From NCBI GenBank assembly GCA_021811155.1, contig JAJZPO010000006.1, forward strand, positions 1-61,860: 61,860 bases of DNA, written 5' to 3'. Positions 29,225 through 38,365 of the stretch are shown one piece after another; position 1 is the first letter of the stretch, and the number at the start of each line of letters is the position of its first letter. The stretch is from Bacillota bacterium. GTDB lineage: Bacteria > Bacillota > Desulfitobacteriia > Desulfitobacteriales > JAJXUE01. The notes beneath the pieces were generated by a model, which was not told the origin of the DNA, searched no databases, and saw only the letters and a program-made list of their open reading frames with translations. The position numbers and the translations under genes are program-made.

Positions 29225-30982
29225 TCAGTCTCCGGAGAGGCTGAGGAAGTAGCCTTTTACCAGGTCCTGCAGGTCGGCAGGGACATCCTGCTTCTCCAGG
29301 CTCTCCAGGGCTTCCGACCGGTACTGGGCAAAGACCTGGGAGTAGGGCAGGAGGCTTCCTCCGCTGACCAGGCCATTAGCCGAGTCTACCTGGGTAGAAC
29401 CGCCCTGATCTCCTGCGGTCCCGTTCAATTGGCTTTCCTGGCCGCTCCCGCCCAGCCTGTTAGGCGCGTATATCTGTTCCCATTGCCCTTCCCTGCCTTG
29501 GGCATCCCCTCCGGAACTTCCCAGGGTATTGGAACCCAGGCCCCCGGCCATGCCTTTCAGGTTGCTGGTGCCGTTGCCGGCCGGGCCGCCGAGCTTGCCT
29601 GAGCCCCCGCCCTGGCCCCCGCCGCTTCCGCCGCCGCTGCCTCCGCTGTTCCCGCCTTGGCCCGCGCCTCCGTTTTGCCCCCCTTGGCCGGCGTTGTTCC
29701 CGCCTTGACCGTTTCCGGCTCCGCTTTGAGCATTCTGGCCACCGGCGCCCCCCTGGCCCCCGGAGTTTGCTCCCCCGGAACCTGAGCCGGACTGACCGTT
29801 CTGCCCGGCGGAGGCCAACTGGGTTTTCCCCCCTTGGCCGGAGGCTGCCAGCATGTTCGACTTAGCCTGGCCCAGCGCTCTTTGCAAAGCTCCGGCCAGG
29901 GTGGCCGCAGCCGTAACCCCGTCCATCCGCCCCGCAACCTGGCCTTTAACTCCATTTAACTCCCCTGAGCCCTGGCCGGTTCCCTGGCCCAGGGCCTGGG
30001 ACGCCTTGTCTAGGCTTGCCGCCAGTTGATTATCTCCCTTGTCCAACATGGCCTGGGCCATTTCCAGCATCCGTCTGGCCAGGTCAATTTGCTCTTCTTT
30101 GCTCATATCCTTGATTTTGGCGGCCAGCTCCTCCATCTGTTTGCGGAATTCCTGCACGTCCCCTTGTGCCAGCGCCTCGCCGGCCCCTTTGGTTTGAGGA
30201 TTCTCCTGGAGCATGCTTGCCAGGCGGTTCAGCTTCTCCTTTTGCTCCTGCTGTGACAAGGTTTTGTTTATCCCAGCCTGTGCCTTGGACAAGGCCGAGG
30301 CTCCCTCTTCCACGGACTTGGCCTTATTGAGTTCAGCCCTCAGGTTCGCCAGCTCTTTGGCAATCTGCTCTTTGGCTGCTTCAGACAATTTGCTGTCCTG
30401 TTCCAATACTTCTTCTGTCCGCTTAACTTCTTCTTTGGCCTGGGCCAGCCCCGCCGCAGTGAGCTTGCGGGCCTCAGCCACCTGGTCCTGGCGGTTGGGA
30501 AGTATAGCTGTAACCAGGGACAGGGCAAGAAGGCCCGCAGCAAGCACCAGGGTGCGCCTGCCTATCCCCCCCGTTAAAACCTTTTGCCCATCCAAACCTG
30601 CCAGGTGCTCCAAAGCGTCCCGCCGTTGCCGGTAAGCCAAAGGGTCTCCCGAGTCCCGCAGCTGCCAGGCAGTAGCAGCCCTTTCTTTGAGCCCGGCCCG
30701 GTCAGCCGCAAGCGCCGCCTCCCACCAGCCGGGCCGCACGCTCCATGCCCATGCCAAGGCCAGGGCCAGCCCTGCCAGAGCGAGGATTCCCGCCAAAAGC
30801 CTGTTGCCCTCCAGCGGTACGACACGCGCCGTGACCAATACAACCAACCCGAGTCCGGACCCCAGGGCCAGCCCCCGCGCCAGAAACTTCCGGTAATGGT
30901 GCAGTGTAATGCGCCGCAGGACCGGCATGAGCGCCCTCTTTAAGCCGGCTTCAGCCGGGTTTGCTTCCCTTGCCATACTCAT
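29225..30982 (-). CDS. Hypothetical membrane protein: three TMs, long coiled coil, Gly/Gln/Asn-rich linker
   Basis: Two N-terminal TMs, AALAAD..GLKERAATA segment, third TM, heptad E/K/Q region, G-rich tract, C-terminal VPADLQDLVKGYF; ATGA overlap with upstream permease. Confidence 0.8.
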   Translation of the reverse strand: MSMAREANPAEAGLKRALMPVLRRITLHHYRKFLARGLALGSGLGLVVLVTARVVPLEGNRLLAGILALAGLALALAWAWSVRPGWWEAALAADRAGLKERAATAWQLRDSGDPLAYRQRRDALEHLAGLDGQKVLTGGIGRRTLVLAAGLLALSLVTAILPNRQDQVAEARKLTAAGLAQAKEEVKRTEEVLEQDSKLSEAAKEQIAKELANLRAELNKAKSVEEGASALSKAQAGINKTLSQQEQKEKLNRLASMLQENPQTKGAGEALAQGDVQEFRKQMEELAAKIKDMSKEEQIDLARRMLEMAQAMLDKGDNQLAASLDKASQALGQGTGQGSGELNGVKGQVAGRMDGVTAAATLAGALQRALGQAKSNMLAASGQGGKTQLASAGQNGQSGSGSGGANSGGQGGAGGQNAQSGAGNGQGGNNAGQGGQNGGAGQGGNSGGSGGGSGGGQGGGSGKLGGPAGNGTSNLKGMAGGLGSNTLGSSGGDAQGREGQWEQIYAPNRLGGSGQESQLNGTAGDQGGSTQVDSANGLVSGGSLLPYSQVFAQYRSEALESLEKQDVPADLQDLVKGYFLSLSGD

Positions 30983-31833
30983 TCACCTCGCCGGTTGCCC
31001 TTGCGCAGCGGCCGGATCAGATAAACTGTCAAGCCGGTAGTTAGCAGCACAATCACCAGCCCGGTGAGCAGGTACCCCTCCCACAGAGGCATTGCGCCTG
31101 GTCCGCCGCCAAACTCGCCGTTCCCGGAAAAAGGAATAAAGCCGCTGCCTGGGAGCGCCGAGCCCAGGGCCGCAAGCGGATTGAAGTAAAGTATCCTGGG
31201 AATAGAGGGGAACTGGCCCGGAGCCAGGACCCGGGAGCCCAGCTCCCGGCTCATAATCCCGAAAAACAATGTGCCCGCCATCAGGAAAAACGTCGTCATA
31301 TAGGCCCCTACTATGGCTACCGGCGTCCGCTTGAAAGCCGCCGAAAAGAAAATCCCGATGCTGCCCAGGATTATGGTGGTTGCCAGCAGAACCCCGGCAG
31401 CCTTGAGCAAGTCCAGCAGGGACACTCCGCCAAACAGGAAGACAATGCTGAACAGGGGCAGAGATGAGATTATGAGCAGCAGGATATAGCTTATGGCTGA
31501 GAGAAGCTTGCCCCAGGTTACAGCGAAGGGTGAAACCCTGGTTACCAGGAGCAGGGGCAGGGTCTGCCTCTCCCTTTCCCCGCTGATTATTCCCGCGGTC
31601 ATACCGGGTGTCAAAAAGGCAATCAGTAAGAGTTCCAAAAGGGCCAGGAGCCCGAATATTTCGATTCCCAGGCGCAGAGTGTTTGTCCCGCCGAAGCTGA
31701 ACCTGGTCTGGGTATAGTAGAAGAAGCCGCCCACCAGGGACAGGACCCCGAGGTAGACAGTGATCAGAAGCGGGGATCGCCAGGTCCTTACCCGGTCCTT
31801 GAGTTCCTTGGCCAGCACGGGATTGATTGTCAC
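30979..31833 (-). CDS. ABC-2 type permease
   Basis: NPVLAKEL start, ISGERERQTLPLLL, GKLL, about six TMs; real start GTG 31833 overlapping the ATPase stop. Confidence 0.9.
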   Translation of the reverse strand: MTINPVLAKELKDRVRTWRSPLLITVYLGVLSLVGGFFYYTQTRFSFGGTNTLRLGIEIFGLLALLELLLIAFLTPGMTAGIISGERERQTLPLLLVTRVSPFAVTWGKLLSAISYILLLIISSLPLFSIVFLFGGVSLLDLLKAAGVLLATTIILGSIGIFFSAAFKRTPVAIVGAYMTTFFLMAGTLFFGIMSRELGSRVLAPGQFPSIPRILYFNPLAALGSALPGSGFIPFSGNGEFGGGPGAMPLWEGYLLTGLVIVLLTTGLTVYLIRPLRKGNRRGE

Positions 31834-32759
31834 TGTACCACCCCCCTGGTCATCTGCATGAACAAATCTTCCAAGCTGTTGTTTGATTCCGCGAAGGAGA
31901 TAACCTGCACACCTGCCTGGATGAGGCGGCGCAGCAAATCTGCCTGTTCGCTGCTGTCCCCCCGGAAGCTTACCTGGAGGACACCGTCCGCGTTCTCGCT
32001 CACCCCGCCTACCTCCGGAGTCTCGCTCAGGATCAGCATAGCTCCATCCCTGGCGCCGTTCACCCGGATTTGGATCAACTTGTCCCCGCTCAGCCGGGCT
32101 GTGATGTCCTCCACGTTCCCAACCGCCGCCATCTCTCCCCCTTCGATTATTCCCACCTCGCTGCACAACTCAGCTAATTCCGGCAGGATGTGGGAGGAAA
32201 CGATGATGCTCTTCCCCATCCGCTGCAGCTCCCGCAACAGTTCCCGCATCTCCACCCTGGCCCTGGGGTCCAGGCCCGAGGCCGGCTCGTCCAGGATCAG
32301 CACCTTGGGGTCGTGCACCAGGCTGCGGGCCAGGCAGAGCCGCTGCTTCATCCCCCTGGAAAGGGAATCGACATAGGTATCCGCCTTGTGGCTGAGATCA
32401 ACAAGCTGCAGCAGATCAGAGATCAGGCCTGTGCGCCTTGACGCCGGAACTTTATAACAGGATGCGTAAAAATCCAGGTATTCGGTGACCTTGAGCCGGT
32501 CGTATACACCAAAGAAGTCGGGCATGTAACCGATCAGCTGCCGCACTTTTTGGGGGTGCCTGGTAACGTCAACCCCATCCACATAAGCCTTACCGGAAGT
32601 AGGGGACAACAGGGTAGCCAGGATTTTCAGCGTTGTAGTCTTGCCCGCGCCGTTTGGCCCGACAAACCCGAAGATGCTCCCTTCCGCGATTTCGAAACTG
32701 ACTCCTTTTAAAGCCTCCATCCTGCCGTACTCTTTTCGCAGCCCTTCCACCCTAATCAC
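31830..32759 (-). CDS. ABC transporter ATP-binding protein
   Basis: GPNGAGKTT, LSRGMKQR signature, LILDEP, SSH switch. Confidence 0.96.
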   Translation of the reverse strand: MIRVEGLRKEYGRMEALKGVSFEIAEGSIFGFVGPNGAGKTTTLKILATLLSPTSGKAYVDGVDVTRHPQKVRQLIGYMPDFFGVYDRLKVTEYLDFYASCYKVPASRRTGLISDLLQLVDLSHKADTYVDSLSRGMKQRLCLARSLVHDPKVLILDEPASGLDPRARVEMRELLRELQRMGKSIIVSSHILPELAELCSEVGIIEGGEMAAVGNVEDITARLSGDKLIQIRVNGARDGAMLILSETPEVGGVSENADGVLQVSFRGDSSEQADLLRRLIQAGVQVISFAESNNSLEDLFMQMTRGVVQ

Positions 32760-35197
32760 TTTGTGCCACCACCTTTAGCGCTCAGGGCAATGCTGACCCC
32801 GGCAATTTCAAAACCGCCTTGCTGGTTTTCCACCTTCAGCCTGACCTGCCGGTCTTTGCTGATATATTTTGCGTAATCCTTAACCTGGGCCGTTCCACTG
32901 TCGAGCATCACTTCCTCCCAGGCTCCCTTCTGCCAGTTGTACAGGACAGTACTCCAGGCGGCGCTTGCGCTTGATGCCTTAGGCGGGCCGTTAAATTTCA
33001 AGTCCACTTCCATCCCGGCAGGGCTCCCTGCCGGCAAATCAAAGCGGTACTCCACTTCCGAGTTAGGCTGCAGGTAGACTGATCCGGTGCCGCCGTTAAA
33101 GCCAACGTTTTTGGAGTCAATTATCGACCCGTTGATGATTCCCGGCGGGACCTCCAGGTTCGAGATATCAAAGTTCACCTTCACCGGCACTTTAAATACC
33201 GAGGTGTAGTACTGCTTGATGGACTTGTCCGGCAAAGTCAAGGCGCCTTTCACCGGCTGATCGGACCAGCCGATAAACATGGCCTGGTTGGTCTGAGCCG
33301 TACGCCCGTTTGCATTCATGACTATGGGCTGGTTAAATAAATAGTCCATGATCTGCTGGCGCAGCATGTCTTTGGCGTCGGGCGGCTGTCCGGGAACCGG
33401 TCCTCCTTTAAAATTCCCGTAAATCTGCCAGGAGAGCGGACGCCCGCCCATCATAGAGCTCCCGATGCTGCTCAGGGGGATTTCCGCTTCCGTTTTGCCC
33501 CCGGCCTCGAGCTTGTCAATTTTGCTGAACCAGAACGGATTGGAGATTACCACCCCGTCCGTAAAATCATACTGGGTGTTGTTGCTGATCTGAGCTATCC
33601 ATTTTTCACCCCTGCGAATTATCCCGACATCTATGCTCCCTGCCAGGTCAGCAGTTCCGCCAGCGGCAAAACTGCGCATTACCCAGGAGCGCATTTTCTT
33701 CAGGTCCACCACGGTCTTACCCGGGTTTTCCTCTACTTCCAGGGTGGGTTCCGGCTTTTGGTTCGGCATCATCACCACCCCTTCGGGGCTGGCGAGAGCC
33801 TGTACCAGGTATTCGCCGTCAAGTTCAAGCCTGTAAGTGTTGTAGGTCGGGGCAAAAATCCCGGTAGCTGTCGTAAGCTGAACCAGCGGGGTATTCTGGC
33901 CGGCCTCCACCACAGTTATCTGATTGGCAATGACTTCGCTGGGGCGGGACTGAAAAGAAGTAAAATAAATCACGGCGACAACAAGCAGCGAGAAAAGCGG
34001 CAATGTGACCCAGGTCCACTCCCGCTTGTCAAGCTTTTTCAGGATAAGGTAATTCAGGATGCCCGCCACAAAGAGGTAGACAGCCAAGACCGCAAACATG
34101 TTTTTGATTGTAGGGAGCTGCATGGACGGAATATTGCTGAGGGCGTTGGACAAGCCCCAGAGATTTTTTTCCTGTGCTCCCATCATGGCGAATTTATCCG
34201 ACGGGAAGTTGTTGGCATTTGCGGACCTGGCGGGAAACAGCAAATCCTGCCATAGCTGCTTGGAGCCCTTCCAGCCTGACATAGGCTCCAGGGCCGGATC
34301 AAAGGCCAGGAAAACCACTTTGCCGCTGCCATATCCCCGCTCCAACACCAGGGGAGTTCCTCCTGCGCTGAAGCGCACAGTGGCGCCGGGGCTCTCGAAG
34401 AGCGCCAAATCCACCGTCCCCGGAGATGAGTTCACTGGCGTGCTAAGGGCTGCGGCGAGCGCGCCCAAATCCTTCTTCTGCATCCCTTTTACTTCAACAG
34501 CCGGAAGTTCCTGCGGCAGTTTTGGCATCACCTTTTGCCAGCCCGGCCCGCCTCCCACCACCAGGGTGCCACCGTTGCTGACCCAGCCGGACAGGGCTTT
34601 CCCCTGTGCGGGATTAAGTTTGAGGTTCACATCGTCTAAAACCAGCACGTCGAACAAACTCAATAACTCCGGGTTGGCAGGCAAATCCTCGCTTTTCAGA
34701 TTCGAAGCCACAGTGGCTAAAGAAGCGGATATTTGGCTCAAGGCCCCGAAGCCTGCGTCACCCCGGTCCACCAACCCGATCAGTTTCTGGCCCGGACTGA
34801 TTACGCTGAACTCGCCCTTTCCCTTGGCCACAGTTTTCCCTGCAGACACCAACTCTACCGTGACACTGCTCAAAATCTCATTTACAGGCACGTTCAGGCT
34901 GAACAGCTTGGTGGACCCTTGCGGCGCCACCGCGCTCACACTGTAGTCAACTGCGTAGGGAGGTCCGGTACGCCCATCGCTGCTGAAGTTCGCCACCAGT
35001 TTGCCGCTCACATCTGGTCCCTGGTTGCTCACCTCCACCTGCAGCGGCAGCCAGGCACCCTGCCTGCTGTAATTGCCCAACGCCCCTGTAACCTTGACAG
35101 AAACCGGGTTCTGCTCCGGTTCTGCCAGGGCCGCTCCTCCTTGTAGCGCCAGCAGCAAGGTAAAGATTAAAACCGCTGCCCACTTCCTAAGCCTCAT
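32756..35197 (-). CDS. Large exported/membrane hypothetical protein with GATase-like domain and central TM hairpin
   Basis: Signal peptide ending AALA, DVLVLDD...WVSNGGTLVVGGG, YGSGKVVF, TM pair around KKLDKREWTWVTLP; ATG 35197 after AAGGAG. Confidence 0.82.
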   Translation of the reverse strand: MRLRKWAAVLIFTLLLALQGGAALAEPEQNPVSVKVTGALGNYSRQGAWLPLQVEVSNQGPDVSGKLVANFSSDGRTGPPYAVDYSVSAVAPQGSTKLFSLNVPVNEILSSVTVELVSAGKTVAKGKGEFSVISPGQKLIGLVDRGDAGFGALSQISASLATVASNLKSEDLPANPELLSLFDVLVLDDVNLKLNPAQGKALSGWVSNGGTLVVGGGPGWQKVMPKLPQELPAVEVKGMQKKDLGALAAALSTPVNSSPGTVDLALFESPGATVRFSAGGTPLVLERGYGSGKVVFLAFDPALEPMSGWKGSKQLWQDLLFPARSANANNFPSDKFAMMGAQEKNLWGLSNALSNIPSMQLPTIKNMFAVLAVYLFVAGILNYLILKKLDKREWTWVTLPLFSLLVVAVIYFTSFQSRPSEVIANQITVVEAGQNTPLVQLTTATGIFAPTYNTYRLELDGEYLVQALASPEGVVMMPNQKPEPTLEVEENPGKTVVDLKKMRSWVMRSFAAGGTADLAGSIDVGIIRRGEKWIAQISNNTQYDFTDGVVISNPFWFSKIDKLEAGGKTEAEIPLSSIGSSMMGGRPLSWQIYGNFKGGPVPGQPPDAKDMLRQQIMDYLFNQPIVMNANGRTAQTNQAMFIGWSDQPVKGALTLPDKSIKQYYTSVFKVPVKVNFDISNLEVPPGIINGSIIDSKNVGFNGGTGSVYLQPNSEVEYRFDLPAGSPAGMEVDLKFNGPPKASSASAAWSTVLYNWQKGAWEEVMLDSGTAQVKDYAKYISKDRQVRLKVENQQGGFEIAGVSIALSAKGGGTK

Positions 35198-35293
35198 TCC
35201 TTGTCTCCTTCCACTCAGTACACCGTTTTCTGCCAACAGGTACGTGATACCGGCCTCAAAACCCCTTCACAAGGGCAGAAGCGTCCAATAATG

Positions 35294-35322
35294 TAGACGA
35301 GATATTCTCGCATTTAGTTGCA
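35294..35322 (-). promoter_or_regulatory. Candidate ECF-sigma promoter for the 8-gene operon
   Basis: Minus strand TGCAAC-N17-CGTCTA, resembling the AAC/CGT consensus of Bacillus SigW/M/V/X. Confidence 0.55.
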
Positions 35323-35373
35323 GGTTAACCGTGTAATAATCTGTCATATTGTGTCGATATCTCTCTAAAATAG

Positions 35374-35403
35374 TAAGACCCACTGCTCCAGCAGTAGGTC
35401 TTA
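35374..35403 (-). terminator. Hairpin downstream of polA
   Basis: TAAGACCcACTGCT-cc-AGCAGTaGGTCTTA. Confidence 0.6.
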
Positions 35404-35482
35404 GCGCTATGGCTTTTCAAACTAGTTCTACCAGAAAGGAGTGAATTCCTACCGGGCAGAAAAATTTTCCACCCTTGCTGCA

Positions 35483-38110
35483 TTAGATTTTACTCAGCTC
35501 GTACCAGTTGGGACCGGCTTTCAGATCTACCTGCAGCCTGACTTTCATCGGCAGGGCATTCTCCATGGTTTCGCGCACCAACTGTTTCATGGCCGGCAGC
35601 TCAGCCTCGGGTACTTCAAAAATCAGTTCGTCGTGTACCTGCAAGAGCATCTTGGTCCTGTAACCGTCCAGGGCGGCGTCCATTTTTACCATTGCCAGCT
35701 TGATCACATCCGCTGCCGTCCCCTGGATAGGCGTATTCATGGCCGTCCTTTCCCCGAAGGCGCGCACAACCTTGTTGGAACTGAACAAGTCAGGCAGGTT
35801 GCGCCTGCGTTTGTACAGGGTAGTAACGTATCCTTTCTCCCGCCCCTCCTTGATCACATTTTCGATCCAGGTTTTCACCCTGGGGTAGCGGGCAAAATAG
35901 CTGTCTATGTACGCTTTGGCCTCCTTACGGGACACGCCGATGTCCCTGGAGAGGCTGAAATCCCCTATGCCGTATACTATCCCGAAATTTACCGCCTTGG
36001 CCTTGCGGCGCATATCGGAGTTCACCTCGGCTAAGTCTGCTCCGAATATCTCCGAGGCCGTGCGGGTATGGATATCCTCACCGCAGCGAAAGGCCTCCTG
36101 CAGGTTTTCATCGCCGGAAATCTCGGCCAGGATTCGCAGCTCAATTTGCGAATAGTCCGCTGCCAGAATCACCATCCCGGGACCGCCGGGCACGAAGGCC
36201 CTGCGAATCTGCCGCCCCAATTCCAGCCGGATGGGAATGTTCTGCAGGTTCGGTTCCGTGCTTGAGAGCCTCCCTGTAGCTGTGACAGCCTGGTTGAAGC
36301 TGGTGTGAATCTTGCCGCTTTCGGGATCCTGCAAAGCCTTAAGTCCCTCGATGTAGGTGGAATTGAGCTTGCTCAGCTGCCTGTACTCAAGGATTTTCTC
36401 CAGGACAGGGTGATGCGGGGCCAGTTCCTCCAGGACTTCAGCGCTGGTAGAAAAGCCGGTCTTCGTTTTCTTCAGTACCGGCAGCTTTAGCTTTTCAAAC
36501 AGGACTGTGCCCAGCTGCTGGGGTGAATTGATGTTGAATCTTTCTCCGGCCAGCTGATAGATTTCGTCCTCCACTGCCCCCAGCCGCAGTGTGAGCCTCA
36601 CTCCCATCTCGGCCAGAATCCCCCGGTCCGCCTTGACTCCCTGCAGCTCCATTTTACTTAGTACCCTGGCCAGAGGGAGTTCGATGTCCCAAAACAGCGG
36701 ATACAGTTCCATCTCCATCAGTTTGCCCCGGTAAATCAGCGCCATCTGCTGAATGACCGAGCTTCTCACGCCGAAGTATCCGTGTTCAAAGTTTAATACC
36801 AGGTTCATCTGGTCAAAGGCCAGATCTTCCAGGTCGTATTTCCCGCTCAAAGGATTAATCAAATAGGCAGCCAGCATCAGATCCATCTCTACGGCTGCAG
36901 GTTCAATGCCCCGGACGCTCAGAAAACTGTAAGCCTTTTTCAGGTCGTGAACCGCTTTGGGCTGGGAACCGGCAAAGAATCCTGCCAGACCCTGCCATAC
37001 CTCTGCCTGTTCCAGCACATCCCCTGTCAGGTAGCCGCACACCCTGTTGCTCCCTGCCAGCCCCACGCCGCTGATGCGCCCCGTCCTGGCGTTTTCCCCC
37101 TCATATTCCAGGTAAACGCCCACCGGAGGCTCGATCTCTCTGAGCAGTTCCTTGAGCCTGCCGGCGCTCTGTACCTCCACGATTTCCGAGGGCTCCGTGA
37201 ACCCGGTGGGGATAGCGGCTGCCAAATCCGGCTTATCATTAAGTTTAGCGCTAACAGTCTTAATCAGGTTCTTAAACTCCAGCTCTTTAAAAACCTCCAG
37301 CAGCTTGACGTAATCCGGCTCACTCAGGGCGCAGGTTTCCAGATCCAGCTGCACGGGAGCATCGGTCAAGATAGTGGCCAGTTTTTTGCTCAGGAAGGCC
37401 TGCTCCCGGTACTGCCGCAAATTCTCCTGCAGCTTCTTGGCCCCTACCTGTTCCAGGTTGGCATATACCCCTTCCACACTGCCAAATTCCCAGAGCAGCT
37501 TGAGGGCAGTCTTTTCGCCCACCCCAGGGACCCCGGGGATATTGTCGGAAGAATCGCCCATCAAACCTTTCAGGTCGATAACCTGCCCAGGTTCCAGGTT
37601 ATACTTTTCCTTTAAGGCCGGGACGTCCATCTTCTCCGTTTCGCTGATTCCTTTCCGGGTCAACATAACTGAGGTCTGCGGCGAGATCAGCTGCAAAGCG
37701 TCCTTGTCCCCGGTGAAAATGATATTCTGCCAACCCCTTTGTTCCCCTTGACGCACCAGGGCGCCGATAACATCATCAGCCTCATACCCTTCCAATTCCA
37801 GCACAGGCACGTCCAGTGCCCCAAGGATTTCCTTGGCCAGGGGAAACTGAGTGCGCAGCTCTTCCGGCGTGCCTTTTCTGTTGGCCTTGTACTCGGCATA
37901 TTCCGCTAGCCTGATATGGGCCTTGGTCTTGTCAAAAGCAACAGCCAGGTAACAGGGCTTGTACTCATCAATGATGCGGAACAGCATATTGGTAAAGCCG
38001 TAAACGGCATTGGTAAATACCCCTTGCCCGTTTGACAGCAGGGGAATGGCGTAATAAGCCCGGTTCAGCAGGCTGTTCCCGTCCAAAATAATAAATTTAT
38101 CCACGGGCAT
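35483..38110 (-). CDS. polA: DNA polymerase I
   Basis: LDGNSL 5'-3' exonuclease, EADD, GDSSDNIPGVPGVG, ADYSQIELR, KAVNFGIVYG, LQVHDEL. Confidence 0.98.
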   Translation of the reverse strand: MPVDKFIILDGNSLLNRAYYAIPLLSNGQGVFTNAVYGFTNMLFRIIDEYKPCYLAVAFDKTKAHIRLAEYAEYKANRKGTPEELRTQFPLAKEILGALDVPVLELEGYEADDVIGALVRQGEQRGWQNIIFTGDKDALQLISPQTSVMLTRKGISETEKMDVPALKEKYNLEPGQVIDLKGLMGDSSDNIPGVPGVGEKTALKLLWEFGSVEGVYANLEQVGAKKLQENLRQYREQAFLSKKLATILTDAPVQLDLETCALSEPDYVKLLEVFKELEFKNLIKTVSAKLNDKPDLAAAIPTGFTEPSEIVEVQSAGRLKELLREIEPPVGVYLEYEGENARTGRISGVGLAGSNRVCGYLTGDVLEQAEVWQGLAGFFAGSQPKAVHDLKKAYSFLSVRGIEPAAVEMDLMLAAYLINPLSGKYDLEDLAFDQMNLVLNFEHGYFGVRSSVIQQMALIYRGKLMEMELYPLFWDIELPLARVLSKMELQGVKADRGILAEMGVRLTLRLGAVEDEIYQLAGERFNINSPQQLGTVLFEKLKLPVLKKTKTGFSTSAEVLEELAPHHPVLEKILEYRQLSKLNSTYIEGLKALQDPESGKIHTSFNQAVTATGRLSSTEPNLQNIPIRLELGRQIRRAFVPGGPGMVILAADYSQIELRILAEISGDENLQEAFRCGEDIHTRTASEIFGADLAEVNSDMRRKAKAVNFGIVYGIGDFSLSRDIGVSRKEAKAYIDSYFARYPRVKTWIENVIKEGREKGYVTTLYKRRRNLPDLFSSNKVVRAFGERTAMNTPIQGTAADVIKLAMVKMDAALDGYRTKMLLQVHDELIFEVPEAELPAMKQLVRETMENALPMKVRLQVDLKAGPNWYELSKI

Positions 38111-38179
38111 TCTCCTCCGGCAAGACCCCGCTTACAGGGTTCTTACCTATTAGCTTTTCCCATTTTTACTATTCAGGTA

Positions 38180-38250
38180 TTCAGAACTCAGTAGTCAAAC
38201 TCAGAATGATCCTAGCTCATACTCCTTCCGGCTCCTGACTTCTGACTCCT
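38180..38250. repeat. Heptamer repeats in inverted arrangement
   Basis: ttcagaa ctcagta gtcaaa ctcagaa ... tcctgac ttctgac. Confidence 0.55.
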
Positions 38251-38365
38251 CTACATAATAGTAACATACTTGCACAAAACACAAAACAGGCCCTTTGCCG
38301 GGCCCGGTTTTGCTTGGCCTTTATCCATAGACGCATTTTCGGCTCAAAAGTTCCAAAGCCTGTGA

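Noticed and set aside
31834-32166. N-terminal extension of the 395-aa permease ORF
   Set aside because: Overlaps the ATPase in another frame; real start is GTG 31833. Similar over-extensions were trimmed for dinB, mutM, the BatA-VWA gene, livH and pyk
7799-35303. Identical 14-mer AATGTAGACGAGAT at 7799 and 35290
   Set aside because: Several 14-mer matches are expected by chance in 62 kb, and the first copy lies in coding remnant with no matching -35 element
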